Source of the DNA: Alphaproteobacteria bacterium UBA3773
GTDB taxonomy: Bacteria; Pseudomonadota; Alphaproteobacteria; RF32; CAG-239
Direction: 5' to 3'
Length of the DNA: 61,831 nucleotides
Assembly: GCA_002372275.1 (NCBI GenBank)
Contig: DFFP01000003.1
Span: 83,851-145,681 of the forward strand
Part shown: positions 20,036-29,773 of the stretch, in pieces
Layout: each line of letters opens with the position of its first letter
Numbering within the stretch: the first letter of the stretch is position 1
Notes under the pieces: generated by a model
The model's database searches: none
What the model saw: only the letters and a program-made list of their open reading frames with translations
What the model was told of the DNA's origin: nothing
Program-made: the position numbers and the translations under genes

Positions 20036-21253
20036 CTACTGCGCATTCCCAAGTCCGTAATCTTTTAAATCTTCCTCTTTTAAAATGTAACTGTCCAAAT
20101 CAATCTGCGAAGGATCCTTCTCCGGATTACCCAATTTATAATCTTGGGTAAGCATATCTGTTGTTGCTTTCAGTTCTATTAAACCTGCGTTTGTGTTTAA
20201 ATTATCAAAGAGTAAATTATTTTTGCTAATATTCAGTTTATTAACGGATTGTAGTTTTGTCATCAAACTGTTCGATTCTTCACAAGCCTTAACATCCTTA
20301 TCATTATCTTTATCAAATTTTTCCGACTTTTTTTGATGTTCCACCATCAAAGCAAATGAATTTGCTGCCGCATTAATTAATTTTTTCTGTCTTGCTTTTT
20401 TCACTTTTTTAGTTGTTTTGGCATCCAATTTTTCTTTAGCCCCGACAAATATATCGCTGATCAACCCGGAATATGCTTTTTTTCTGTCTGCCGGCGACAT
20501 TTTTGCAATTCTCGAAGCAAAAGCAGAACCGATACTCTTTCCTTTTTCTTTTAATGCATCCAGAGTTTCTTCTAGCTCCTCCATTGTTTCATCATATTCT
20601 TTTTGAAGCCCGGCATATTCTTTATCGGTCTCAAAATAAGTCGTATCTTCTTTGGAAGCATCATCTATGTTTTTCTTCAAATCAAGGCTTGCCGACTTTG
20701 CCTCAGAAAGTCGTTCTTCCAAAAGATTTTTTTCTTCCTGACTTTCTGCCGCATCATAAAGTTGTTGATAAGTCTGCTCATTTGTTTTTGATGCTTTGAA
20801 TTTCGCGTTTAATTCTTCTTTTAAGACCGACTGACGCGAAGCCATTTTTTCTTTTAAATCATCCGCTTTTCGTTTCAACTCTACACTCGATGAAGCCTTT
20901 TTTCCCGTATCGACTATTTCTTTCCCTTCTTCATACATTTCTTTGCCTTCTTCATAAAGCTGCTGACCTTCTGCATAAAGTTCTTTAGCTTCGTCAACTC
21001 TTTCTTTAATTTCGCCGACATATTCATCCACCTGTTCCTTAAGCGCTTTTAATTCGCCGACAACTTTTTCTTTCCACTCCACAACTTTTTTAATGGCCGT
21101 ATTAATTTTCGTCTCAAGTTTTTGAATTCCGGATTCAACAGCACCCAGCGCATCTTCCAAACCCGTAGCAACATCGACTTTAGGCTGAGCAACCGCACTA
21201 AAGCTTAAAAAACAAAGGACCAAAACGATTTTTAAAAGACTTTTAATTTTCAT
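20036..21253 (-). CDS. Secreted coiled-coil protein, possibly VirB5/TrbJ-like
   Basis: Signal peptide (AVA-Q), PKVD motif, GKExYxx heptads. Confidence 0.55.
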   Translation of the reverse strand: MKIKSLLKIVLVLCFLSFSAVAQPKVDVATGLEDALGAVESGIQKLETKINTAIKKVVEWKEKVVGELKALKEQVDEYVGEIKERVDEAKELYAEGQQLYEEGKEMYEEGKEIVDTGKKASSSVELKRKADDLKEKMASRQSVLKEELNAKFKASKTNEQTYQQLYDAAESQEEKNLLEERLSEAKSASLDLKKNIDDASKEDTTYFETDKEYAGLQKEYDETMEELEETLDALKEKGKSIGSAFASRIAKMSPADRKKAYSGLISDIFVGAKEKLDAKTTKKVKKARQKKLINAAANSFALMVEHQKKSEKFDKDNDKDVKACEESNSLMTKLQSVNKLNISKNNLLFDNLNTNAGLIELKATTDMLTQDYKLGNPEKDPSQIDLDSYILKEEDLKDYGLGNAQ

Positions 21254-22040
21254 CTTTTTTGTCCTCCGTTTTCTCGCTTTTTTGCTTATTTAATCCCATG
21301 AGCGCATTCGTTGCTTGGTAATCAAGTTGCATTGCTCTCATCCTTAAAATTCGGTTGTTCCGCTTAAATGATTTTTGAGCTACTTCTTGAATGAGAGATT
21401 GTGCCTCATCAATTGTTTCGGGGGTTTGCGGATCATCTTCCTCGCTTGCTATTTCCTGTCTTAAAACTAAGCTTTCGCTATATTGATCAGCCGATTGATT
21501 TGCATTTCTTTCATTCACGGCTTTTTCCTTTTGTTGCTGATATTCAATATCATCTTTTTCCGGTTGTTTAAGAAAGAATTCTTTTGTTTTTTCTGCTTTT
21601 TTATCATCCGGCTCTGAAGGGTCTCCGCTTGAAATAGACGCCAGTTCTTTAAATTCGGTTATTGGCAAATTTGTCGGTACTTTACCCTGTTTAATCGAAT
21701 TGGCAGTATCTTTTGCTGCTGACATCACATTTTGTATTTTATCGGCTGTGCTTTTTATCATTTTAAGACCTTTTTGTCCCTCAGCAATCACCCCTTTGAC
21801 AGTCCCCTCAGCTTGTTTAACTGTTTTTTTCACTTTTTCGACAGTTTTGCTAATTCGTGTGGCCAGTTGTTTTGTTTTACTGATAAAGGCTTTTCCCTCC
21901 GTTACTTTTTTCTGAAATTCCGGATGATTATTCCCGACTTTTTCTAATAATCCGCGCCCAAATTCAATATCAGCTGACGCCGGTTCAATCAAAACAAGCG
22001 AGAAAAATAACGCTGATATCAAAATAAGCACTTTTTTCAT
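21243..22040 (-). CDS. Secreted helical protein, T4SS-associated
   Basis: Signal peptide (ASA-D), Lys-rich amphipathic helices; overlaps both neighbours. Confidence 0.55.
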   Translation of the reverse strand: MKKVLILISALFFSLVLIEPASADIEFGRGLLEKVGNNHPEFQKKVTEGKAFISKTKQLATRISKTVEKVKKTVKQAEGTVKGVIAEGQKGLKMIKSTADKIQNVMSAAKDTANSIKQGKVPTNLPITEFKELASISSGDPSEPDDKKAEKTKEFFLKQPEKDDIEYQQQKEKAVNERNANQSADQYSESLVLRQEIASEEDDPQTPETIDEAQSLIQEVAQKSFKRNNRILRMRAMQLDYQATNALMGLNKQKSEKTEDKKDEN

Positions 22041-24088
22041 TATTTAAGCTTCCTTATATATTTTCGGCATCTTTCCTTAGCGGTTTTCCCGTCTTCGTCA
22101 GATAGTTTTTCCCAACCGACCGGCCCGGCCTTACAATAAACAGGGATTGTATCAAACACAACCGTCATCCCGGCATATGCATCAGTTATCAAATTCTGAT
22201 ATTGTTGAAATCTGTTTTCCTGAGCCACCATTTCAGCCAATCCCGACATCTGTGCTTGCTCATTATCGTTTGCATTATCTTTTATCTTCTCGATTCTGTC
22301 ATCAATTTCAGACGAAGCAACCTCTTTTTTAAACCGAATTAAATTCACATATGTTCCCGCAAGCGTTTCTCCGCGTACTTTTGCATATCTGTTTAAGTTA
22401 TGTTGCCTTTCAGATTCTTCTTGCGCATTAATATCTTCACAAATTGTGCATATACAAAGCTGAACGTCTTCGGCTTTGACCCCTTTTGAAATATCTAAGT
22501 CACACCAATTAGCGAGTTCGTCCGAAAAATAAAAAAGCCCGTTATCATCTGTGCCGGTCAATCCGCCCGGTTCCCAAGAACTATCTTCTGACTCAGCTTT
22601 TTTATGATCTTCACAATAACTCATAAATTTATCATTTAAAATACTCAGTTCTAAATTCCCGATAGCAAGTTGTAAATTATCCCTTGCCATATCCAGATCA
22701 ATGGCGGCATTTTCGATCTCAATCGCAATTTTTGATCTCGTGCTGTCGCCTGCTTTATTTGATAAATCACCTATATCATCATCAACCGTTGAAGCACCCG
22801 CCTTATTTTTAATGGAATTTGCCTTATTAAAAATACTCGGAACAGTTTCAGCTAAAATACTCTCATATTTCTTTTTGGCCTCATTTCGATCTTCTTCCAC
22901 GTCGGCGTTTAACTCTCCGCATATTTGGTTAAAGCATTTCTCAAACGTGTCTTCGCTTATTCTGTCATCATAATTTATCTGACACCAATTGGCCAATCCG
23001 TCTGCAAAATAAAAATTTCCGTTATCATCTGTGCCTGTCTTAAAACTATCGCCGATTGCTGCCGCGTGTCCCATTGAAACATAGTGTGAAATAAAAACAT
23101 CAGAACCTATCGTATTGGCCGACGTTTTCTTAAAAGCGGACGGTGTTTTAGAGTTGGAAATTGATGGTGTTATCATTCTTGTATCTGTTCCGACCTTGCT
23201 TTTAATATTTGGATCGGTATCACTTTTTTTATCAATATTTGAAACTGCTTGATTTTTAATATTTTTTTCTGTTTCACCGTTTTCATCTGATTGTGTTTGG
23301 TTTTCGCTATCTGTTTGTGCAGAAGTCTTATTTGAAGATGGTCCGTCCTGATTCTTCTTAAAAACACCTCCGACAGCTCCGAATGCATCTTTTGTCCCTG
23401 AGGCTAAAGATTTCTGTGTTCCGATCACATCCACATCTGAAACTTGACCACCGAGTGTATTTAATCCCTTTTCCATTCCGGAAAGTGAGCCACCGAGGTT
23501 CACTGTTTCTTTTTGCATTGCTGCCGCACTTTGCATCACGGATTGCGGATTACTCCAATCCGTACTTAAGGCTGTATTTATAATTTTAGTACTTGTATTA
23601 TAAACCTCTTGTCCTTTTTCATAAACAGCTTTACCAGTATCATAAATTTCTTTACCTTGGTCATAAACTTTTTTACCTTCATTATAAACGTCTTTACCTT
23701 TATCAATAACGGCCTCTACTCTTTCTTTCTTTTCTTCGACCCATTTCTTCGCTTCTTCATATCTTTTCTTAAGAGCTTCTAAGCGTTTTTTTCGTTCTTC
23801 GAGCCTTGTTTTCATCTCTTCTAGCTTTGCTTTTATTTTTTGAACATCTTTCAGTTTGGCCAATGCCGCAAATTTATCACCTAAAACTTGCTTAATATTA
23901 TCAATCGACATTGTTTCTTGAATCACACTTAATTTTGATTGAATCTGATTCAGTTGAGCCTCAATAGCATTGCATACAGCTTCTATATCAAGTGTCGGAA
24001 AGCCGACTGCAAAAACCTTATTGCTTGGAAACATCACCATTCCAAGCACCATGAGCCCTAAAAATTTTGAAAAAAATGATTTTCGCAT
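22040..24088 (-). CDS. Secreted protein with VirB5/TrbJ-like N-terminus and a duplicated Cys-containing domain (682 aa)
   Basis: Signal peptide then GFPTLD (compare the VirB5/TrbJ G-h-P-h-h-D start), coiled coil, and two TGTDDNGxFYFxDxLANWC units 160 aa apart. Confidence 0.6.
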   Translation of the reverse strand: MRKSFFSKFLGLMVLGMVMFPSNKVFAVGFPTLDIEAVCNAIEAQLNQIQSKLSVIQETMSIDNIKQVLGDKFAALAKLKDVQKIKAKLEEMKTRLEERKKRLEALKKRYEEAKKWVEEKKERVEAVIDKGKDVYNEGKKVYDQGKEIYDTGKAVYEKGQEVYNTSTKIINTALSTDWSNPQSVMQSAAAMQKETVNLGGSLSGMEKGLNTLGGQVSDVDVIGTQKSLASGTKDAFGAVGGVFKKNQDGPSSNKTSAQTDSENQTQSDENGETEKNIKNQAVSNIDKKSDTDPNIKSKVGTDTRMITPSISNSKTPSAFKKTSANTIGSDVFISHYVSMGHAAAIGDSFKTGTDDNGNFYFADGLANWCQINYDDRISEDTFEKCFNQICGELNADVEEDRNEAKKKYESILAETVPSIFNKANSIKNKAGASTVDDDIGDLSNKAGDSTRSKIAIEIENAAIDLDMARDNLQLAIGNLELSILNDKFMSYCEDHKKAESEDSSWEPGGLTGTDDNGLFYFSDELANWCDLDISKGVKAEDVQLCICTICEDINAQEESERQHNLNRYAKVRGETLAGTYVNLIRFKKEVASSEIDDRIEKIKDNANDNEQAQMSGLAEMVAQENRFQQYQNLITDAYAGMTVVFDTIPVYCKAGPVGWEKLSDEDGKTAKERCRKYIRKLK

Positions 24089-24167
24089 ATTGCTCTCCTT
24101 TGAAAAAAGAAGTATTATTTTTTATATTAACATAAAAATCCGTCAGCACCTACTACTTTTTAACTTT

Positions 24168-26600
24168 CTACGAAATATTTAAATATTTTGTAACAAAGTT
24201 TTCTTCGCCGTATTCCTTAATTAAACTTTCCACCAAGAGCACATTCTTTCTGCCTGAATTGTAAAGTTTCAAATACGGCCCGAGCGCCCCCAAATTCACA
24301 TCTAAAATAACGGATTCCCCTGTCGCTGGACGTGAAAGTAAAATTGCATACGGAAAATCTCTGTATGAGCGTCCGAACACAAAATCAAGCTCATTTTGCG
24401 TTAAGTTCCACGTGGCATAATCTTCCGGCATAGCTTGCGGATTTCTGAAAAAGATAATCGTTTGGCATTGACCTCTGATCACCTCACCAACCCCTAAGCG
24501 GTCGATAATATTCGGTTGTTGGAAAGCACAAAGATAGGCCTGTCTTTTTTTACGTCCTTCTTGCAGACCGATAATAAAGTGATCTCTAAACATCGGGTGC
24601 TTGAGCATCGGCGCCGTTTCATCGATCATAATCAGTGACGGCACGCCTGTTTCACCTGTTTCCGATTGAATACGGTGCATAATATAGCTGATCACGGCCG
24701 GTGCCAATGTATCATCTTCAAAAATATGCGTAAAATCGAATGCCATAAAACGCTTTGATTTCAAGTCAAGGTTATCATTTTCCGCGTTAAAAATATTTCC
24801 GTATTGATCCGGGTTAATCCACCTGTAAATTTCGCGTCTCATATTTCCGGTCGGTGAAAAACAGCTTTTATAAAGATTTTTCATTACTCTTTCTTCTGGC
24901 CTCAAATAATCAAACGCCGTTGTCACGGCACGTGCAATTTCTCTTTCCGATAACGCATCATCTGTTAAGGTAATAGCTTTCATCCAGCGTCTTAAAAAGG
25001 CTCTGTTTTCTTTTGTATCACTACAATCAAACGGATTTAACGACACATTTTTATCATCGCCGTCAAAACCGACATACGCCCCGCCGATCGAGCGCGTGAA
25101 AATCTCCGCACCTTTATGGCGGTCAAAGAAAAACACCTTCAAATCCGCATGCCGCATTGCTTGACCGGCCAAAAAGGTCAAAAGTGTTGTTTTACCTTGA
25201 CCGGTCGGACCGATAATACAACAGTGTGCCACAGCACCCTCATCAGGTGAAACGTGAAATTGAAAACGATAGGCCGAGCCCGAAACCGTTCTGAAAACCG
25301 TAATAGCCCCCGGCCCCCAATCTGATTTGTTAAAACCTTCAGCGGGTCTGTCAAACGAAATTGCCAGTGCCACAATTCTTGATAAATATCTGTATGTTCT
25401 TGGATATGTATCATACGTCGGAAATTGGCTGAAAAATGTCGCTTGTGTCACCCAACCCTCACGAACGGGCGTGACCGAAAACGTACGACAAATACGCTGA
25501 ACTTCACTTTCGCCATAATCCAGTTCTTCTTTTGTCTGTCCTCTGATCATCACACTCATCGAATATTCGGTTAAGGATTGATAATTGGCATCACTTGCTT
25601 CCGTTGCCGAAAGTGCTTCACTGTATTGTTCCAAAACAGTCGGAGAAAAGTTTGTCACAGCGGCCATTCTTTGTTGTTGAATTAAAAGCATTCTGGCTTG
25701 CGGTCTGAAAATCGGTCGAACATTGTGCATCAAAACAAGCTCACAATCCATTGAAAGCAATGATACAATCATACTTTCATCCATATAATCGCCGGTGGTT
25801 CTAATCCCCATCACGATTTCATATAAATCTTTATCGCCCGAGAAAAAGTGTATAATACCTTTTTCTTTTGTAAAATGGATATGGTCAGCGGTAAGCATTT
25901 CGTTGAGCTCCGAGCCAACCGCGTGTCTGACCTTTGCCTCCGGTTTTGAAACCGGGCTGCATAATCTTGAAAAAACATAAAACGGGCTGTCGGTGGCTTT
26001 GCTGTTTTCTGTTTCATGCATCTGAAAAACGCCGTATTCCCCGAGTGTTGCAATCACGGTCTGACACGCATAATTTAAGTCTTTTAAGGCATCTTTTCTG
26101 TCGGCCACACTTAAAATCATATAGTGCGTATTATGATAAACTCTGTCCATATTCGCATACCAAACTTCAGACACAGCTTCCAAAACATCGTTATTAAAGT
26201 TGCCTTGCTCCATTTCTTGCGGTGTTTTTTCCCTAATTGTAATCACCCGACAAATAATCGAAAGCTCCGACAAACTGTCGATGGTTTGTTTTCTGGCTTC
26301 CATCATCGAATAAATTTTCTCAGGCGTTGCCGACCCGAAATCCGAACCTTCAATTCGAAAAACTCTGGCATACGATCCATTTGTACACTTAATGGTCATT
26401 CCGTCTTCCATCAAACTTGCAAACGGCAAAAAGTCCGAAACGCGAGATTCTCTGGGAGTCGGTAAAACCCAATTTCCGAAACGTGTGGCGAGCAAAACGG
26501 CAAATGCCGTGGCTGACAAAATACCAATCACGGCGATCATAACTTCAAAATTGCTTAACCCTTCTGCAAAAAGGGTTGTAAAATCAAAACTAGGGTTCAA
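24168..26600 (-). CDS. virB4: T4SS ATPase VirB4/TrbE family
   Basis: 810 aa; Walker A GPTGQGKT, FFDRHKG, SLNPF, Walker B LIMIDE, GRKK..., FQQP; follows virB3. Confidence 0.92.
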   Translation of the reverse strand: MNPSFDFTTLFAEGLSNFEVMIAVIGILSATAFAVLLATRFGNWVLPTPRESRVSDFLPFASLMEDGMTIKCTNGSYARVFRIEGSDFGSATPEKIYSMMEARKQTIDSLSELSIICRVITIREKTPQEMEQGNFNNDVLEAVSEVWYANMDRVYHNTHYMILSVADRKDALKDLNYACQTVIATLGEYGVFQMHETENSKATDSPFYVFSRLCSPVSKPEAKVRHAVGSELNEMLTADHIHFTKEKGIIHFFSGDKDLYEIVMGIRTTGDYMDESMIVSLLSMDCELVLMHNVRPIFRPQARMLLIQQQRMAAVTNFSPTVLEQYSEALSATEASDANYQSLTEYSMSVMIRGQTKEELDYGESEVQRICRTFSVTPVREGWVTQATFFSQFPTYDTYPRTYRYLSRIVALAISFDRPAEGFNKSDWGPGAITVFRTVSGSAYRFQFHVSPDEGAVAHCCIIGPTGQGKTTLLTFLAGQAMRHADLKVFFFDRHKGAEIFTRSIGGAYVGFDGDDKNVSLNPFDCSDTKENRAFLRRWMKAITLTDDALSEREIARAVTTAFDYLRPEERVMKNLYKSCFSPTGNMRREIYRWINPDQYGNIFNAENDNLDLKSKRFMAFDFTHIFEDDTLAPAVISYIMHRIQSETGETGVPSLIMIDETAPMLKHPMFRDHFIIGLQEGRKKRQAYLCAFQQPNIIDRLGVGEVIRGQCQTIIFFRNPQAMPEDYATWNLTQNELDFVFGRSYRDFPYAILLSRPATGESVILDVNLGALGPYLKLYNSGRKNVLLVESLIKEYGEENFVTKYLNIS

Positions 26601-26880
26601 ATTTACTTCCTCCTTCGGGATATAAATTTTGCGTAGCCTTAAATGTTTGCCCGAACGCCTGAATCATTGTTGACAAATGAGGTTCTTTCACGCCCCATCC
26701 GATAAAAACCAAATGCAAACAAACAATAGAAATAACAAAGAGCAAAGGGTTAATATCTGCCATTCCGACAGCCATAAACATCACAGGCGTCTGAATACCG
26801 GCACTCAAAAGAGCCGGCAAAACAGGCGCCCAAAAAATTTTCGGTGGCTGTGCGACAGCCTTTAAAATCATATCCCTCAT
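26590..26880 (-). CDS. virB3: VirB3-family inner-membrane protein
   Basis: 96 aa, ILKAVAQPPKIFWAP start, two TMs, overlaps the virB4 start. Confidence 0.8.
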   Translation of the reverse strand: MRDMILKAVAQPPKIFWAPVLPALLSAGIQTPVMFMAVGMADINPLLFVISIVCLHLVFIGWGVKEPHLSTMIQAFGQTFKATQNLYPEGGSKFEP

Positions 26881-26976
26881 TTTTTATCTTTTATCTTACT
26901 TCCCTTTCCGTATTCACATAATAATCATAAAACTTTTTCCATCGCAAGGTTTATTTTTCATTTTACCTTTACATAA

Positions 26977-28416
26977 TTAATGTCCGCCCATCTGTCCCAT
27001 AATACCTTGAACGGTTTCCAAACCCTTTTCAGCTGTCGTTACGGCAATATCGGCATCTCTGGTAGCGCGCGCCCCCTGACTAAGTGCATTAGTTGTTGTC
27101 CCAAGATTCTTACCTAAATTTTCATTAGATGTATTCACATCTTGATTGAACTGTGCTGCTCCCGTTGCAACTGAATTTGCGCCTGTCGGATTTGAATCCG
27201 GATTTGTTGCCGCAATCGTTGCTAAAGCACCGACACTATTGGCAGCGCCGCCTAACCCCGCAAGTGTCGTTTGTGCACCGACTGTTACACTTGTCGCCGC
27301 ACCACTGGCAGCTCCGGCCACATTTTGAAGACCTGCCAAAACATCATGAATATTTTCTGCATTTCCTAAACCTTTCATTGCATCCACAACATTTTTACCA
27401 CCACTTACAAGAGCTGCACCTGTTGACACTGCCCCCACACCTGCGGTCACTGCACCCGCCACAAAGTTTGCGGTTTGTGTGAAACCATTTACAATATCCC
27501 CAAAAATCTGTGCACCTGTTTTCACGCATTTACCTTTATTCATTTTACCACTACATTGCTCCTGCGTTACAACGGGATTACCATTCGCATCAGTTGAACA
27601 AACAGGCCTTGTTCCATCAGCTCTCCAAGCCCCGGCGCCACCCGACGGCGGGCATCCGGCATTTGTAAAAGCACTCATATTTTTCATTGCTGAACTATTT
27701 AACATATCTTCCGGATTCAAAGCTGCCTGTGCACCCGCATCAGGCAACAAAAGTGCCAATTGTTCATCTTCACACCCTTCCTCCCCGTTACACGAGGGTC
27801 CACCTTGTCCTTTTCCATTCATTGCAGCATTAATCTCGTCACCGCTTGTTCCTTGGACAACCGCATACTGCGTATCTAAAAAGTTCTTAAAATCCATTTC
27901 TGTTTGGCTTGCTACCTGAATCGTCCCTTTGCCTGAAAAATATTCCAAAAACGGAAACATCAACGAGAGCAAACAAAGACTGATCATAATGTACCCTAAA
28001 TGTTTGTAGCTGACCTTGTTAAAAATTGCCAAAACTGCAAACATCACAAGTCCGAAACCGGCAATCACATAAACAATCCGCCTTAAATCCACAAGTGTTG
28101 AATATATTTTAGCTTTCAGAATAGCAAAAATATTTGCATTACCTGTACCTGTACCTGTCCCCGAAGATGATGACTCATATGTCCTTGTGTCATTTCTTAT
28201 TGCAAAATTTGTTTCGGGATGTGCATCCATATATTCATTTGAATACGGGCCATATACAAACTCTCCACTGGTGCTGTTGGAAGTTTGATTAGATGACGAA
28301 GTCTGAGGAACAACACCCCAACCGGTATCTACAGCCTGAACATTATTCGGGGCTAAAACAAAAGAAAACAATATGCTTAGCATAGCAATACTTAAAAATT
28401 TCATCATCTTTTTCAT
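26977..28416 (-). CDS. VirB2-like pilin domain fused to a Cys-rich module and a Gly/Ala-rich amphipathic tail (479 aa)
   Basis: LRRIVYVIAGFGLVMFAVLAIFNKVSYKHLGYIMISLCLL aligns with the two adjacent pilins; ~320 extra C-terminal residues follow. Confidence 0.7.
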   Translation of the reverse strand: MKKMMKFLSIAMLSILFSFVLAPNNVQAVDTGWGVVPQTSSSNQTSNSTSGEFVYGPYSNEYMDAHPETNFAIRNDTRTYESSSSGTGTGTGNANIFAILKAKIYSTLVDLRRIVYVIAGFGLVMFAVLAIFNKVSYKHLGYIMISLCLLSLMFPFLEYFSGKGTIQVASQTEMDFKNFLDTQYAVVQGTSGDEINAAMNGKGQGGPSCNGEEGCEDEQLALLLPDAGAQAALNPEDMLNSSAMKNMSAFTNAGCPPSGGAGAWRADGTRPVCSTDANGNPVVTQEQCSGKMNKGKCVKTGAQIFGDIVNGFTQTANFVAGAVTAGVGAVSTGAALVSGGKNVVDAMKGLGNAENIHDVLAGLQNVAGAASGAATSVTVGAQTTLAGLGGAANSVGALATIAATNPDSNPTGANSVATGAAQFNQDVNTSNENLGKNLGTTTNALSQGARATRDADIAVTTAEKGLETVQGIMGQMGGH

Positions 28417-28433
28417 AGCACCCTCCTTTTAAA

Positions 28434-28784
28434 TTACTTTAAGGTGTCCGAAATACCTTTGACTGTCACATTTGCGCCTGTTCCGGCCGTCATATAATTT
28501 AAGATTCCGGCCGTTGCCGCAATCACCACCACCCCGATAATAATAGCAGCGAGCCACTTCCAGTTTAACGCCCCGAAAAGCCCCGTAATGGCGACTGCAA
28601 TAATACCAAAACCGGCGGATGCAAAAATAACCGTTTTCATTCCGCTGAAAATTTCCGCACCGGTACTTGTCAAATTTTCAAATACAGCATATGAATCTAC
28701 TGCACATAAAATCGAAGAAATCGCAAAAACAGTAATGCCTGCGAAAACATATTTTTTGAGTTTCTTAAAATTTATATTCAGCAT
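28434..28784 (-). CDS. virB2: VirB2/TrbC-family pilin
   Basis: Long signal peptide plus two hydrophobic helices separated by GALNWKW; upstream of virB3. Confidence 0.8.
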   Translation of the reverse strand: MLNINFKKLKKYVFAGITVFAISSILCAVDSYAVFENLTSTGAEIFSGMKTVIFASAGFGIIAVAITGLFGALNWKWLAAIIIGVVVIAATAGILNYMTAGTGANVTVKGISDTLK

Positions 28785-28808
28785 TTTTCTTTCCTTTTCT
28801 TAAATTTT

Positions 28809-28840
28809 GTGAAGAACCCCTCCGAAGAGAGGTTCTTCAC
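28809..28840 (-). promoter_or_regulatory. Stable intercistronic C(UUCG)G hairpin without a U-tract
   Basis: Minus strand GTGAAGAACCTCTC-TTCG-GAGGGGTTCTTCAC, between pilin 1 and pilin 2. Confidence 0.7.
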
Positions 28841-28849
28841 TAAGAGCCA

Positions 28850-29239
28850 TTAATTCAAGACAGTTGCACCGGAGGAGCTTGAACCTGAGAATGTATCAGC
28901 TAAACCGCCTTGTCCTGTCGTTGTAACATTATCACCTGTGGCGTAAGAAATGAGCGCACCGGCAGCTGCCAAAACACCAAGACCGACGGCGAGTGCACCG
29001 AACCAAGGCCATTTGATTTTTCCGAAAATAGCAAGTGTTGCTAAACCGACCAAACCGAAACCGCCGACAACGAATACAATGGTACGAACAGCTTTAAAGA
29101 CATTGGCTGATTTTTGAATAGCCAGACCAACAACTGACTGAGATGTTGCACCTTGTGCGAACGCATCACCTGTCATGGCAAGTGTCAAAACAAGTGCTAA
29201 GCTAAAAAGCGTCCACAAATTATTTTTTAAGATTTTCAT
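28850..29239 (-). CDS. virB2: VirB2/TrbC-family pilin (first gene of the operon, probable major pilin)
   Basis: ATG 29239 with AGGAGA; AFA-Q signal; VRTIVFVVGGFGLVGLATLAIFGKIKWPWFGALAVGL. Confidence 0.82.
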   Translation of the reverse strand: MKILKNNLWTLFSLALVLTLAMTGDAFAQGATSQSVVGLAIQKSANVFKAVRTIVFVVGGFGLVGLATLAIFGKIKWPWFGALAVGLGVLAAAGALISYATGDNVTTTGQGGLADTFSGSSSSGATVLN

Positions 29240-29470
29240 ATAAGTTCTCCTTATAAACTTTGTTAACAAAATTTTCTATACAACTTTATTGTATCAATTT
29301 TTTTCGAAATTAGCGAGTCTTTTTTTGTCGTCTTAAAAATACTTAACATATTGATTTATATGCAAAATATTTTCATGTAACAAAAAATTCATACTCACTT
29401 TTTCTCCAAAATAACAGATTTACTATAAAATGTAATGGTTAAAACATACTTAAAACCATCCCCCGTTTTC

Positions 29471-29610
29471 TGTCCCCTCTGAGCACAGCTCAGCTGTGCG
29501 AGTTAGGGGTCCTTAAAAAAAACGTCACTTAAGAGCGAGTGAAACAAGCGTCTGGGTCCATTCCTTTTTTATCCTCTTTCTCGTCACCTTTAGGCTTGTC
29601 CCGAAGGTCC
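29471..29610. repeat. REP-like hairpin cluster in the divergent T4SS/T4bP promoter region
   Basis: TGTCCCCTCTGAGCACAGC..GCTGTGCGAGTTAGGGGTC is nearly identical to 49553-49592; further GTCA-footed units follow. Confidence 0.7.
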
Positions 29611-29773
29611 ACACTTTAAGTCATTACATTTATTTTAAAAAAAAATCCATTAACGCAATTTTAACACAATCTGTTGTAGTTTAAGTGAAAGATGTTGTTC
29701 TCTGAAACAGCTTAATCCCTTTTTTTATAAGGTGTTTTAAGGTTTCGGAGCATAAAGGAGTCATATATAAACA

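Noticed and set aside
15445-24088. Rickettsia-style virB6 paralogue array
   Set aside because: The position fits, but none of the five proteins has the multi-TM TrbL/VirB6 core.
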